DNA from: a virus
Direction: 5' to 3' (one strand)
Length of the DNA stretch: 64,000 nt
Virus record (IMG/VR): IMGVR_UViG_3300022562_001757
Span: 1 to 64,000 of that record
Part shown: positions 55,345 to 64,000 of the stretch, piece after piece
Layout: each line of letters starts with the position of its first letter
Position numbering within the stretch: the first letter of the stretch is position 1
Notes under the pieces: generated by a model
The model's database searches: none
The model's input: the letters and a program-made list of their open reading frames with translations, nothing else
What the model was told of the DNA's origin: nothing
Position numbers and translations under genes: made by a program

Positions 55345-56630
55345 TACGTCTCATCTTTGGCTTCCGACCGCATTTTTACCAAATCGGTCATTAGCTTCCA
55401 CAGCTCGTTCAGCCGCTCGAATGGGCCGAACTCGTTCTGAAGCCATTCGTACATCTTTTCGGCGTACTGGATTCGCAGCGTCGCCGGAACATCCATCAAA
55501 TCTTGGGCTGCACCACAATAGGCGCACTTTTCGGCGTCTACTTTTACTTCGTGCGCGCATCCTGGGCAGAGCTTGGAGTGCAGACTAATTGGCACACGCT
55601 CGACATGTGGAAGAGTCTGGCCAAGACCCGGTACGTCAATTTCGTACTCGGTCAGAATTGGCAGGTTAAACACTTTCCAAAGTGGGGTGTCATCGAGTCC
55701 AACCAGACCGGTCGACACACCCAAGGCTGGCGCGACCATCACACGACTTAGCGGTTCTTCTGGCAGCTGTGTATACAGCCAGTAGTCAACCTGCGCAGGT
55801 GCGGGGGCAAAATGCCACTTCATCCCACCCCATTCAACCGCCGCCGACTTGATGGCCTTGAGACCCAAATTCCGGCGAAGCTTGTCCAGAATGAGGGAAC
55901 GCTCTACCTTGGGAGGCGTACGGCGCACCGTGGTGTCCACGATGGCGGCCTCGGCCATCTTCTGGAGACGTACCCCTAGCAGGGGATCTCCTGACTGCCT
56001 AGCCCGCTCAGCTTCCTGAAGCAGGGCAGAGACCACGGTAGCGCTGTTGTCAGGCCCACCAGGGCCCCTACCGTCACCGCCAGAGGGGGGAGCAGGGGGT
56101 GGCGCTCCTGGCGGTCCAGGAGGCGGCTGTGGAGCTGTGGAGCCCATATGCCCTTGTGGCGCCACAGAGGCTCCCTGGTCGTCGCGAAGGAAGTCCGGCA
56201 TCAACGCCTCGGCTTGGTTCTCGCCGAACTGCTGAGCGGCATCTTGAGCCGTCTGCTGGGCCACCTGGCGGGCGTAGTGGCGTTGATGAGCAACGGCATC
56301 CGGTAGCGGATCGCCCCGCATGTTCACGTTGCCGGCATAGGCAAGGTGCCCACGCGCCAGGTCATCCGACGTGAGAGGGTGCATCTCACGGCCTGCGATG
56401 TTCACCGGCGGTAGGGTGGGCTCAAAGCCCATCGGATCAGGGATGTAGGTTGAGTCTTCCGGAATGGAAAAATCACCAGCGTTCGACCGCGGAACGGCAA
56501 AGTCTTCCGGCTGACCGAAATTCGACCGTGGTTCCTCGGATGGTACGTTGGGTTGGCGGTGCCGGCTAACGCGGCGATGAGGTCGAACGATAGGAGCGCG
56601 TGGGTCCGAAGGCCCAGAATTCTGAGTCAT
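55281..56630 (-). CDS. tail assembly chaperone (gpG-like) with Pro-rich N-terminal extension and zinc ribbon
   Basis: Position between tube and tape measure; slippery heptamer near the 3' end; CPGC...CAYC. Confidence 0.7.
   Translation of the reverse strand: MTQNSGPSDPRAPIVRPHRRVSRHRQPNVPSEEPRSNFGQPEDFAVPRSNAGDFSIPEDSTYIPDPMGFEPTLPPVNIAGREMHPLTSDDLARGHLAYAGNVNMRGDPLPDAVAHQRHYARQVAQQTAQDAAQQFGENQAEALMPDFLRDDQGASVAPQGHMGSTAPQPPPGPPGAPPPAPPSGGDGRGPGGPDNSATVVSALLQEAERARQSGDPLLGVRLQKMAEAAIVDTTVRRTPPKVERSLILDKLRRNLGLKAIKSAAVEWGGMKWHFAPAPAQVDYWLYTQLPEEPLSRVMVAPALGVSTGLVGLDDTPLWKVFNLPILTEYEIDVPGLGQTLPHVERVPISLHSKLCPGCAHEVKVDAEKCAYCGAAQDLMDVPATLRIQYAEKMYEWLQNEFGPFERLNELWKLMTDLVKMRSEAKDETYPLLDWSAKQTTTPTSPPGDE
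55338..55344 (-). promoter_or_regulatory. programmed -1 ribosomal frameshift site C CCT TTA
   Basis: X XXY YYZ heptamer in the 0 frame; the -1 frame continues PFTRLVSEADND into 54766..55332. Confidence 0.8.
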
Positions 56631-56654
56631 GATGTTGTCCTGTGATGTTGCGAT

Positions 56655-57629
56655 TTAATTGGCGCTGATCAGCAACGACCATTCGCCAAGCTCGAATCTG
56701 GATTGCAGTGCGCGCTGTGGCACTACGGGGCAATAATAGTGTCCGCCATATTGTCGTGGCTGAAGTACCGGTGCTGCGTGGTGCAGTACATCATGATGCC
56801 ACGGACTTTGGTTGCGCATCCAAGGCAGCAAGCCGTCGAACTTTTCCGTATCCATCACGACGCGCTTGCCTTCCTGCACGCGCATGGCATCTCGATGCAC
56901 ACCTATCAGCACCATGTTCGGAATCATGACATAGTTGCCATAAATATTCCGGAACATGTACTTCACGTCATGCTCTCGACACGCACTGGCGGCGGCGGAA
57001 GTAATCTTGCTGCCACTGAGCAGCACCGGAAATGTTAGCAGATCGGCGAAAGTGTCTGTTGCTAACAAGGCAGTCTTGGGGCGCTGCGCTTGTTGTAGCA
57101 GCAAGTCGCTAAAGTCGTCCTGGTCTTCTTCATCCGACGACGGTGCTTGCTCGTTCACGCGCCATCCACGAGAACCAATCTTGGACAAAAATGTACGCAG
57201 GTCATCGTTGACTTGTGTTGGGCGGCGCTTTCGCGACAAACCTGCCACTTGGCTTGACACCGCTTGATAGGCACGCAGCAGACGTCCAGCTACTACATGT
57301 ATAGTTGTCACCAATGCCGTATGCGTTTCGCACACGATAGTGTTGATCAAACTATGCAGCAAGCCTGCCGTATCTTCAGCTGCGCTAGAAATGGTCGCTG
57401 TGGTATCGATAGGAAGTAGCGGCGCGACGGCACGCAAATAGTGTTGCGCATCACGTAGCTTTTGATCGAGGCTGGAAAGTGCCGCCGTCATGCTCAGCGT
57501 AATCCTGGTGCGTTGACTAGCCAGGCTGTGCAGGCGGTCGGCTTTTTGCCGCGCGGAATCAAGCGCCCGATGAAGGGCTCGGAGGGCTCGCTTTTGGAGT
57601 GTGGAGTATGTCATCTGGTCAGCTATCAT
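56655..57629 (-). CDS. hypothetical protein
   Basis: AAAGGAG RBS before ATG 57629. Confidence 0.7.
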   Translation of the reverse strand: MIADQMTYSTLQKRALRALHRALDSARQKADRLHSLASQRTRITLSMTAALSSLDQKLRDAQHYLRAVAPLLPIDTTATISSAAEDTAGLLHSLINTIVCETHTALVTTIHVVAGRLLRAYQAVSSQVAGLSRKRRPTQVNDDLRTFLSKIGSRGWRVNEQAPSSDEEDQDDFSDLLLQQAQRPKTALLATDTFADLLTFPVLLSGSKITSAAASACREHDVKYMFRNIYGNYVMIPNMVLIGVHRDAMRVQEGKRVVMDTEKFDGLLPWMRNQSPWHHDVLHHAAPVLQPRQYGGHYYCPVVPQRALQSRFELGEWSLLISAN

Positions 57630-57669
57630 CTGCACTCCTTTCGTCGTTGCTAGTGGGCGAAAATCACCT

Positions 57670-58239
57670 CTATGCGGAAGTCGATGCAGCGCCAGCACCA
57701 GCAGAACCGCCGCTGGTACGTTGGCGAGAAACGTAAGTGAAGCTGAAGTTACGCATCACGCGTGCGTTGCCTTCCGCCGTAAAGTTCTCTTCATTGGCGT
57801 CGGTAAGCCAGCATCCTAGATAGGTCCAAATGCGATATTCGGACACGCCACGGAACCACCATTCACGGCAAGTGAAAGGATGGTTCTGCTCAACCAAGTG
57901 GGCAAACTGCTCGTCGCCAAGTCCGAGCTGTACTTCGATTTCGGCGTTCCAGATTTCCGCTACCGTTGCGGTAACGGTAAATCCGGTGGCGCGGCCAGGT
58001 ACGTAGTCTACCGGCAGGCCCCATGAGAGGTTGTTCAGCTCGTAGACCAGCTCACCTTCACGGCTGTATGCGCCGCTCGGGTGCCATGTTTGAATGCGCC
58101 CTACAACGGCACCGTCGACCTCGATCGTAATGCCGTGGTAGGTCTTGGTCGTCGGCGCCCCATCCGGCGAATCGTAGACGAGTGGAGTCGTCAACACGCC
58201 GTACGGATTGTTCGCAAACAGTGCGTAATTGAGGGCCAT
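57670..58239 (-). CDS. tail tube protein
   Basis: I.VDG.VVGRIQ....SR....YEL...VDYVPG; Y.GCW.T.......G; downstream of the sheath; AGGAG RBS. Confidence 0.8.
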   Translation of the reverse strand: MALNYALFANNPYGVLTTPLVYDSPDGAPTTKTYHGITIEVDGAVVGRIQTWHPSGAYSREGELVYELNNLSWGLPVDYVPGRATGFTVTATVAEIWNAEIEVQLGLGDEQFAHLVEQNHPFTCREWWFRGVSEYRIWTYLGCWLTDANEENFTAEGNARVMRNFSFTYVSRQRTSGGSAGAGAASTSA

Positions 58240-58248
58240 CTTGTTCTC

Positions 58249-58644
58249 CTACTTGGTGATGTTGTTACGGGAACGCGCCCGCATCAAAATCGCGGTTACT
58301 TGCTCAATATTTGGCATCTGGCGACGTGCACGCCGAAGGACGGTGTACCACTTTGACGGTGCATGCTCCGCCATCCGATTGGCCGTGCGCAATGCGACTT
58401 TCAAATCGCTATCGTGTGGCAAGTCAGGCGCTGCCAGCGCTGCTTCACATGCCAACTCCATGATGAGCCGGCCAATCGGATTGTCCTTCACGGTGGCACC
58501 AACGTAGTTATCCGCCAGGTCCCACATGTGCTCACGGACTTTTGGGGAAAGCTTCCACGCGCCAACGTGATCGCCTTCGATCGCCATGGCCCGCTGCGCG
58601 TTCCTAAGAGCCCGAACGTCCTGTGCTGTTTTCAAGATGCTCAT
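58249..58644 (-). CDS. hypothetical protein
   Basis: 131 aa, coupled to the upstream gene. Confidence 0.6.
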   Translation of the reverse strand: MSILKTAQDVRALRNAQRAMAIEGDHVGAWKLSPKVREHMWDLADNYVGATVKDNPIGRLIMELACEAALAAPDLPHDSDLKVALRTANRMAEHAPSKWYTVLRRARRQMPNIEQVTAILMRARSRNNITK

Positions 58645-59075
58645 TGAATGTTCTTGATCACCGACTGGCTTGCCGGCAGCTGGACTTGCGTCTCTGTTGA
58701 TCCGAACAACATGCAGCGCACGATTTCGGTTTTCGTGGCCGACAGGTTTTCAATCGTTACCACGTGCCGTGTGGTGAACTGCGTATCGTCATCGATCTGC
58801 GGAGTGAACGCAAAATCGCGAATGGCTTGCGGAGGTACGTCTTCAGCCACTACGTTAATGGTGAACGTGCCGCTGTTGAGCGGATCATCACCAAATCCCA
58901 AGTCCAATATGTGGTCAATGGTCAATCGCATGGTAGACGTCGCGGTAGAGTTGTAGAACCGCAGCATCGGGTTCAGGATGAACTTTACCGTGTTGATTTC
59001 GTCCTCCACCGTAAAACTCGCGGAGGTCAACGGCAGCAGCTGGAACGGAAAGTGGAATTTTACGGCATACAGCAT
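58641..59075 (-). CDS. hypothetical structural-cluster protein
   Basis: 144 aa, beta-rich. Confidence 0.65.
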   Translation of the reverse strand: MLYAVKFHFPFQLLPLTSASFTVEDEINTVKFILNPMLRFYNSTATSTMRLTIDHILDLGFGDDPLNSGTFTINVVAEDVPPQAIRDFAFTPQIDDDTQFTTRHVVTIENLSATKTEIVRCMLFGSTETQVQLPASQSVIKNIQ

Positions 59076-59084
59076 CGCGGTGTC

Positions 59085-59486
59085 CTAGAGCAACTCGAAG
59101 CCATGGCCGCCGGTAAAATCGGTAAGTGGACGGCCGGCCAACGATGGATTTTGTAGCTGGTTTGGATCATTCAAGAGATTGCTAGCAATAATGGGTGCTC
59201 TATCGGTTGCTGTGCGCCCATCTAACAACACAACGTCCAAGCGAATTTGCATGTGCCGTTGAATGGGTGGATGCAGAAAGAAAATGAAAAACTTGTTCCA
59301 CTTCTGGTTGTACGCTCGGTTGTCAAAGGACACTACCTGCATGTCGTAACGGTCATGCATTAGCGTCACGTTGGCGGATTTAATCAGCCGGTGTAGCGAT
59401 GACGTACCATCGTCCTCCAGCAGATGGACAGCCGCCTCTACGTGGTCCTTCGTGCCATCATAGATGGCTTGTACCGACGCGATCAT
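59085..59486 (-). CDS. hypothetical structural-cluster protein
   Basis: 133 aa, coupled to the sheath stop. Confidence 0.65.
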   Translation of the reverse strand: MIASVQAIYDGTKDHVEAAVHLLEDDGTSSLHRLIKSANVTLMHDRYDMQVVSFDNRAYNQKWNKFFIFFLHPPIQRHMQIRLDVVLLDGRTATDRAPIIASNLLNDPNQLQNPSLAGRPLTDFTGGHGFELL

Positions 59487-62400
59487 TAGGCGCTCAGGCT
59501 ACGGCTGTCCCAGAACCGCCCATCAACAGAGAAGAGGCCGAAGAGGCGCTTCACGGGATAGCGGATGTTGAAGAAATATCCGAAGTGGTACAGGCGTCGG
59601 TCCGCCTGGTCGACAAACACGTAAGTGTCCTTACCAGGGTTGATGGTGCGCGATGTCGGCGGATTTTCTTCCGATCCGAACGGCGCAATGAGGCCAGCCG
59701 ACACAAGGCTCGCCAACGTCTCTGCCAGGAAGCCCTGGATGGAAACCACCGCGGCACTCGGGCTCGGCGGCACCAGAGCGATGAGATTATCGTTGAGGCG
59801 CGTCCGCACGAATTTCGTGACGAACTGCTTCTGTGTCATCGCCGAGATTTCGTTGAGGTCCGGTGCCGATGTGTCTACCGTGACGCTTTCCTGGAAGCGA
59901 TACAGGCCACCACCCACATCCGATAGGTACGTGATGCTCGCACCACCGAGCATCAGCTCTTCCTTTTCGTTGTAGACCGCCAGCGTGTCGAACGATGCCG
60001 TGTCCTTGTGCAGCAGCGTCTCCGCCGGATCCTGGAAGGATGCCGTGCGCGCCGCTGCATAGGCCGCGATAAACGAACCGTCCAGCGTCACGACTGTCGA
60101 CGTTCCATCATCGAGTACGATGGTGCGCGTAGCCTCGGTGTTGCCGATCAGGATGACATTGCCGCGCCCCGGATTGTTACCGGAGAACTGCAAGGTGTTG
60201 CGTGCCAGATAGATGAGCGTGTCTGGCGTTTCCGCATCGCCAATTGCTGTACCGATGGGAGCACCAACCCACAAGAGGCGCTCCTTAGCCTCGAAGGGGT
60301 TGTTCATAGCCTCGATGCTGAGCTTAGAAATTCCCAGCGCCGCGAAGTAGCTCAGCACCACCAAGTCGGTGATGCGGCTCTTTTTCTCGGTGGCCTCGAT
60401 GGCTGCACGGTAGTCAGGCAGCGTGAACACGCCATCGCCGGAAGCATCTTTCACCTGGATGAAAAATGCGCCGAAAAATTCGGTGTCGAAGGCGATGTCC
60501 CCTGCGATGTAGAGGTGGTTATCCGGCGCTACAGGAGACAACCCGTCGGTCATCTCCTCGCGGGTCAGGTACAGTACGGGAACGTTGTACTCGGAAGCAC
60601 CGCGGAGACGGTGTGCCGAAATGAAGTAGATGTTCCCCGGGTCTGGCTCGGCACCACGGTGCTCATAGAACACCTCAATGTCGACACCTGGATCGGTGAT
60701 GAACATCAGGTACGGCGTGTTATCTCCACCAGACTGCACCACGCTGTACGCTACCGGATTTCCTGTCGCCACTTCCCGTACACGAATGACGGTGTCTGGC
60801 GTAGAATTCAGAATAGCGTAGTACGCTAGCGGAACACCGGTGATGTTGCCAAACTGGTCGAGCCGAATATTCTCGGCTGCAATAGTTTCCGTAACGCGTG
60901 TGCGCAGCGTCCAGTCAATCTGGTCCGTGTTGAGCGTGGTGAAGCTCCACGTGTCGTTGACTGCGTGCCGGTTGGTGCTGGTATCCTCGTAGTTCCGGAC
61001 CGAGAGCTGGATTTGATCCTGGAAGTTAAGGTACGGGCTGGCCGGAGTCGCCGACACATTTCCCCAGCCGCCTTCCAGCGTACCCGACTGGTACTGGAAG
61101 GTGATGATCGACCCAGGAACGAGCGTCGTGGTCGTCAGCAGATAGCTGCGGTCATCCTTGGCCGTGTAGTCGCGCCGTGCGGCCAGAGCGGTCATGGTCC
61201 AGTTGTCGCCAACCGTGAAGTTGACTGCCTGGCGGTGCCGATTGTACTTGGCCTTGAAGTCGTTCAAGAACGCGATAGCGCCAGCCAAGCTTGTGGTGGT
61301 GATCGACGTATCCAGCCCGAACAAGGAGTCTGCTGTCGCGTGCAGCGTAGTGTCGGCAATGTGTGCCGTATACTGGGTACGCAGGTCTGCAATGAGCACC
61401 AACAGCGCCGCTAGCTGCACATCAGGATTGGAAAGCGGGTTCGGATCGGCAGCCGTTACCTGATGCGTACCGCCGGCAATAAGGTGCCATGCCGGTCCGG
61501 CATCCGTGTCGTGCGCGTTGTAGTCCAGCTTGGCCTCGATGGCTAGCGTGACCGCCGTAGACAGGCTAGTAGCGTCGGCCGCTGCGATAATGTTGACCGC
61601 GTCCGCTGCCTCATGCGTAACGCCAAAGTCAAAGTCGAGGAAAATCCCCGATTCCAGCGCCACGTCGGTGTAGCTGGTCGACACCGCTTCATCGATGGTG
61701 AACGTGAACTCGGTGTATGGCAGCTCGTTGTAGCCTGTAGCCACGATGGTTGCCGTACGGTCTTTTGCTCCAGGCGCCGACGGCGGGGTAACAGCCGTCA
61801 CCTCGAAGTAGTAATCGCGGTCCCAAGACCCCGTGTAATCCGTGTCTTGGTTGACCGAAATTGTACCGGAACTGGTTGGCGTAGTGGCCGTTTCAGCAGG
61901 CTCGGAAACCGTGCTAAATTGGTTGTCGTTGTCCATCGCCGAACTGATTTCGATCATGGCTGGCGCAAGACCATCCCACTCGAAAATGTCGCCGATGTCG
62001 AATCCAGTACCGACGGTAAGGTCTAGGCGAATACCATCCGTAAATGGATAATTTCCATCGAGCGCATAGGCGACACTGGCATCGGAAATGGCGCCTGTCG
62101 AGGGCGTCGTCAGCGAAGAGTGCGCCGGTACCGGAAGCACCTGGTCATTACCACCGCTCAGCGGCGTGACCTCTACGTCAAATGTGACCGTGCCAGCGCC
62201 TGTGCCGGTGACGGTCAATTTGTAATGCATGTTGTAGGGGAAAGTGTATGCAGAAGCGGCGTTGAACGTAATCGTTCCGGTGCCTACACCTGCGGGAGTC
62301 TCGACGATGGCCGAAGTAGCGCCTGTGGTGTTGGTGTTATTGGTACCAGGCGTTAGCGCGTCGTCATCAACGCCAAGGTTGCCAAGCACCTGCGTCACGA

Positions 62401-62920
62401 TGCGGTAGTCCACGAATTCGATGTACTTGTTCTGGCCTTCCGTGTCACCAACTCGCACCATGTTGCGCAAGTCGTTGAACTTCAGATCATCCAGCACATC
62501 GCGATCAGTCGACTGATAGTCGATTTCGTACGTGGTGGTGCCATCGAACTTGGTGATCGAAATTTCGATTTGGTCGAAATCTCCACTTCCAGAAACGCTC
62601 TCTCGGAAAGTCCAGTCCTGGCTCGGTACCGGTTCGCCGTTGCTCTTGTAGAGCCGCGCTCGATCCTTGCTGTTCAGCGCATTGTGGTCGAGCTGCGCCA
62701 AATATGGAGGCGTGGGCGGAAATGTCAAAGCCTCCGCTTCAATAAACGATCGTAGATGCCCGAGGTCTTTCACCAACGCGAGCCGGTGGCCTCGCCCAAC
62801 ATAGGCAGGCAGGCGTGGTTCACCCGTTGGCGCGGTGGGGCGCGGGATCCGAACGTATCCGATGTAGGTGCCCGGCCGCACATAACGGGACGCGGTCAAC
62901 CTGTAGTCTGCAATCGCCAT
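59486..62920 (-). CDS. tail sheath protein with large inserted domains
   Basis: N-terminal YVRPGTY...P.YVG.G; C-terminal DGSFIAA..AA, VT.D.....EIS...QK..V...R, YPVKR; AAGGAG RBS. Confidence 0.88.
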   Translation of the reverse strand: MAIADYRLTASRYVRPGTYIGYVRIPRPTAPTGEPRLPAYVGRGHRLALVKDLGHLRSFIEAEALTFPPTPPYLAQLDHNALNSKDRARLYKSNGEPVPSQDWTFRESVSGSGDFDQIEISITKFDGTTTYEIDYQSTDRDVLDDLKFNDLRNMVRVGDTEGQNKYIEFVDYRIVTQVLGNLGVDDDALTPGTNNTNTTGATSAIVETPAGVGTGTITFNAASAYTFPYNMHYKLTVTGTGAGTVTFDVEVTPLSGGNDQVLPVPAHSSLTTPSTGAISDASVAYALDGNYPFTDGIRLDLTVGTGFDIGDIFEWDGLAPAMIEISSAMDNDNQFSTVSEPAETATTPTSSGTISVNQDTDYTGSWDRDYYFEVTAVTPPSAPGAKDRTATIVATGYNELPYTEFTFTIDEAVSTSYTDVALESGIFLDFDFGVTHEAADAVNIIAAADATSLSTAVTLAIEAKLDYNAHDTDAGPAWHLIAGGTHQVTAADPNPLSNPDVQLAALLVLIADLRTQYTAHIADTTLHATADSLFGLDTSITTTSLAGAIAFLNDFKAKYNRHRQAVNFTVGDNWTMTALAARRDYTAKDDRSYLLTTTTLVPGSIITFQYQSGTLEGGWGNVSATPASPYLNFQDQIQLSVRNYEDTSTNRHAVNDTWSFTTLNTDQIDWTLRTRVTETIAAENIRLDQFGNITGVPLAYYAILNSTPDTVIRVREVATGNPVAYSVVQSGGDNTPYLMFITDPGVDIEVFYEHRGAEPDPGNIYFISAHRLRGASEYNVPVLYLTREEMTDGLSPVAPDNHLYIAGDIAFDTEFFGAFFIQVKDASGDGVFTLPDYRAAIEATEKKSRITDLVVLSYFAALGISKLSIEAMNNPFEAKERLLWVGAPIGTAIGDAETPDTLIYLARNTLQFSGNNPGRGNVILIGNTEATRTIVLDDGTSTVVTLDGSFIAAYAAARTASFQDPAETLLHKDTASFDTLAVYNEKEELMLGGASITYLSDVGGGLYRFQESVTVDTSAPDLNEISAMTQKQFVTKFVRTRLNDNLIALVPPSPSAAVVSIQGFLAETLASLVSAGLIAPFGSEENPPTSRTINPGKDTYVFVDQADRRLYHFGYFFNIRYPVKRLFGLFSVDGRFWDSRSLSA

Positions 62921-63028
62921 TCCAGTGTCTCCTTAGATATGCGCGATTTCCACCCTTATGCGGATCGCGACGTGCCGACGATGAAGCCGGTGTTTCGCCT
63001 TAGAGAAGGTAACTTCCTTTATCGGTGT

Positions 63029-63955
63029 TCACCGCGCGATGATTTCGACTTGTTTGGTGCCTACAATGCTGGCTTTTCGCTCGTTAAACCCAGGCTTAGC
63101 GATGATGATGTTGAAGGTCCCAACCCGTCGCGGAACGATCGTGAATTGGCTGTTTGTCTGCTCGATAATGGCGATTCGTCGGTCGTCAGAGTAGATGCGG
63201 AATGGGAATGTTAAGTCGCGAAGCGGTATCGGATGCCGCCGTCGTATAGAGATTTTGTCCGGCACTTGGATCTTCAGCGCACCAGAGGTTTGGATGTACT
63301 GTGGATCTGCGCGATAGTGCATGTACGTTGAGTTCTCGAAGTCCACCGTCATGGAACAGGTGGCCTCCCAGAACTGGTCGTTAGAGTCCTCGTGCAGCGA
63401 AGAATGGGATTTCGCTCCCATCTGGTGGTCTAGCGGGATGCGCACTTCCCAATAGGCTGAAGCATTTTCCACTACCTGCGGTTGTGCAGGTCGCAGCACA
63501 TTGCCGCAAGTGAATCGCTGGAAGCTGTTGGAGAACGCCGCCGTTACCAGCGCCATCAGGTCTTCACATACCTGCTCATCGGTGGCGACAAGGGAAAATT
63601 CGATGGGAACTTCGATGACGTCGGTGACACGGATGACGTGTTGACCGAGAGCATTTTTCGTGCGGAACCCGGCCGAAAATCCACCAAGGCTGCTCGGTAC
63701 GTAGCGATAGCCACCATCTTGGATGAAGATGTGCGGCGGCTGCTCTCGTGTGCTACGGAAGAAACTCGCGATTTGCAGGTGCCGTTTAGTCGGGTCACCG
63801 TCCAGATTTTCGTTGATGGTAAACCCTTGCGTAAACGTTGCGAAATTGTCGAAGAACTTCCGGAATTGTCCCTGTGGGTGCACGCACGCTTCGAGGTACT
63901 TCTGAAGTGTGAATTTTGTGATCTTCAGATACTGGGTGATGTCCTTCGTCATCAA
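63029..63955 (-). CDS. putative tail terminator/completion protein
   Basis: P.I.I...G.RY...S motif and position upstream of the sheath. Confidence 0.55.
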   Translation of the reverse strand: MMTKDITQYLKITKFTLQKYLEACVHPQGQFRKFFDNFATFTQGFTINENLDGDPTKRHLQIASFFRSTREQPPHIFIQDGGYRYVPSSLGGFSAGFRTKNALGQHVIRVTDVIEVPIEFSLVATDEQVCEDLMALVTAAFSNSFQRFTCGNVLRPAQPQVVENASAYWEVRIPLDHQMGAKSHSSLHEDSNDQFWEATCSMTVDFENSTYMHYRADPQYIQTSGALKIQVPDKISIRRRHPIPLRDLTFPFRIYSDDRRIAIIEQTNSQFTIVPRRVGTFNIIIAKPGFNERKASIVGTKQVEIIAR

Positions 63956-64000
63956 TCCGTCGATAGCGCTCTGGGTGAGCGTATCGGGAGTGATGTAGTG

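Noticed and set aside
24269-62920. Bacterial eCIS, tailocin or T6SS locus rather than a phage
   Set aside because: Interspersed tRNAs, an intein-containing helicase, tmk, a frameshifted chaperone and many small orphan genes fit a large phage better, although no capsid or terminase gene lies in this window.

Overview
The window is part of a large (jumbo-type) myophage genome, almost all on the minus strand. A contractile-tail morphogenesis region runs from about 63955 down to 12225: putative tail terminator, sheath, tube, frameshifted tail assembly chaperone, tape measure, tail spike, hub with an M23 peptidase, spike, gp25-like and baseplate J-like wedge proteins, and kelch and fibre proteins. 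An accessory block at about 43064-51780 interrupts it and carries tmk, a polysaccharide deacetylase, an HNH protein, an RHH regulator and a DUF6745 pair. An early/accessory region at 1-12136 carries a SNF2 helicase with two inteins, tRNAs and paralogous wHTH proteins. Main signals: (1) the second helicase intein has no in-frame homing endonuclease but hides a complete Zn-finger + Vsr/DUF559-like endonuclease gene in an alternate reading frame; (2) an HNH gene sits antisense inside a tRNA gene, replacing half of its anticodon arm; (3) five sigma70-like promoters share a conserved spacer (candidate operator), one directly upstream of an RHH gene; (4) a repeated DUF6745 + RQG/HxxH partner module has 12-nt variable repeats; (5) a CAU tRNA has a non-canonical fold. 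All product calls come from motif recognition by eye, not from database searches.
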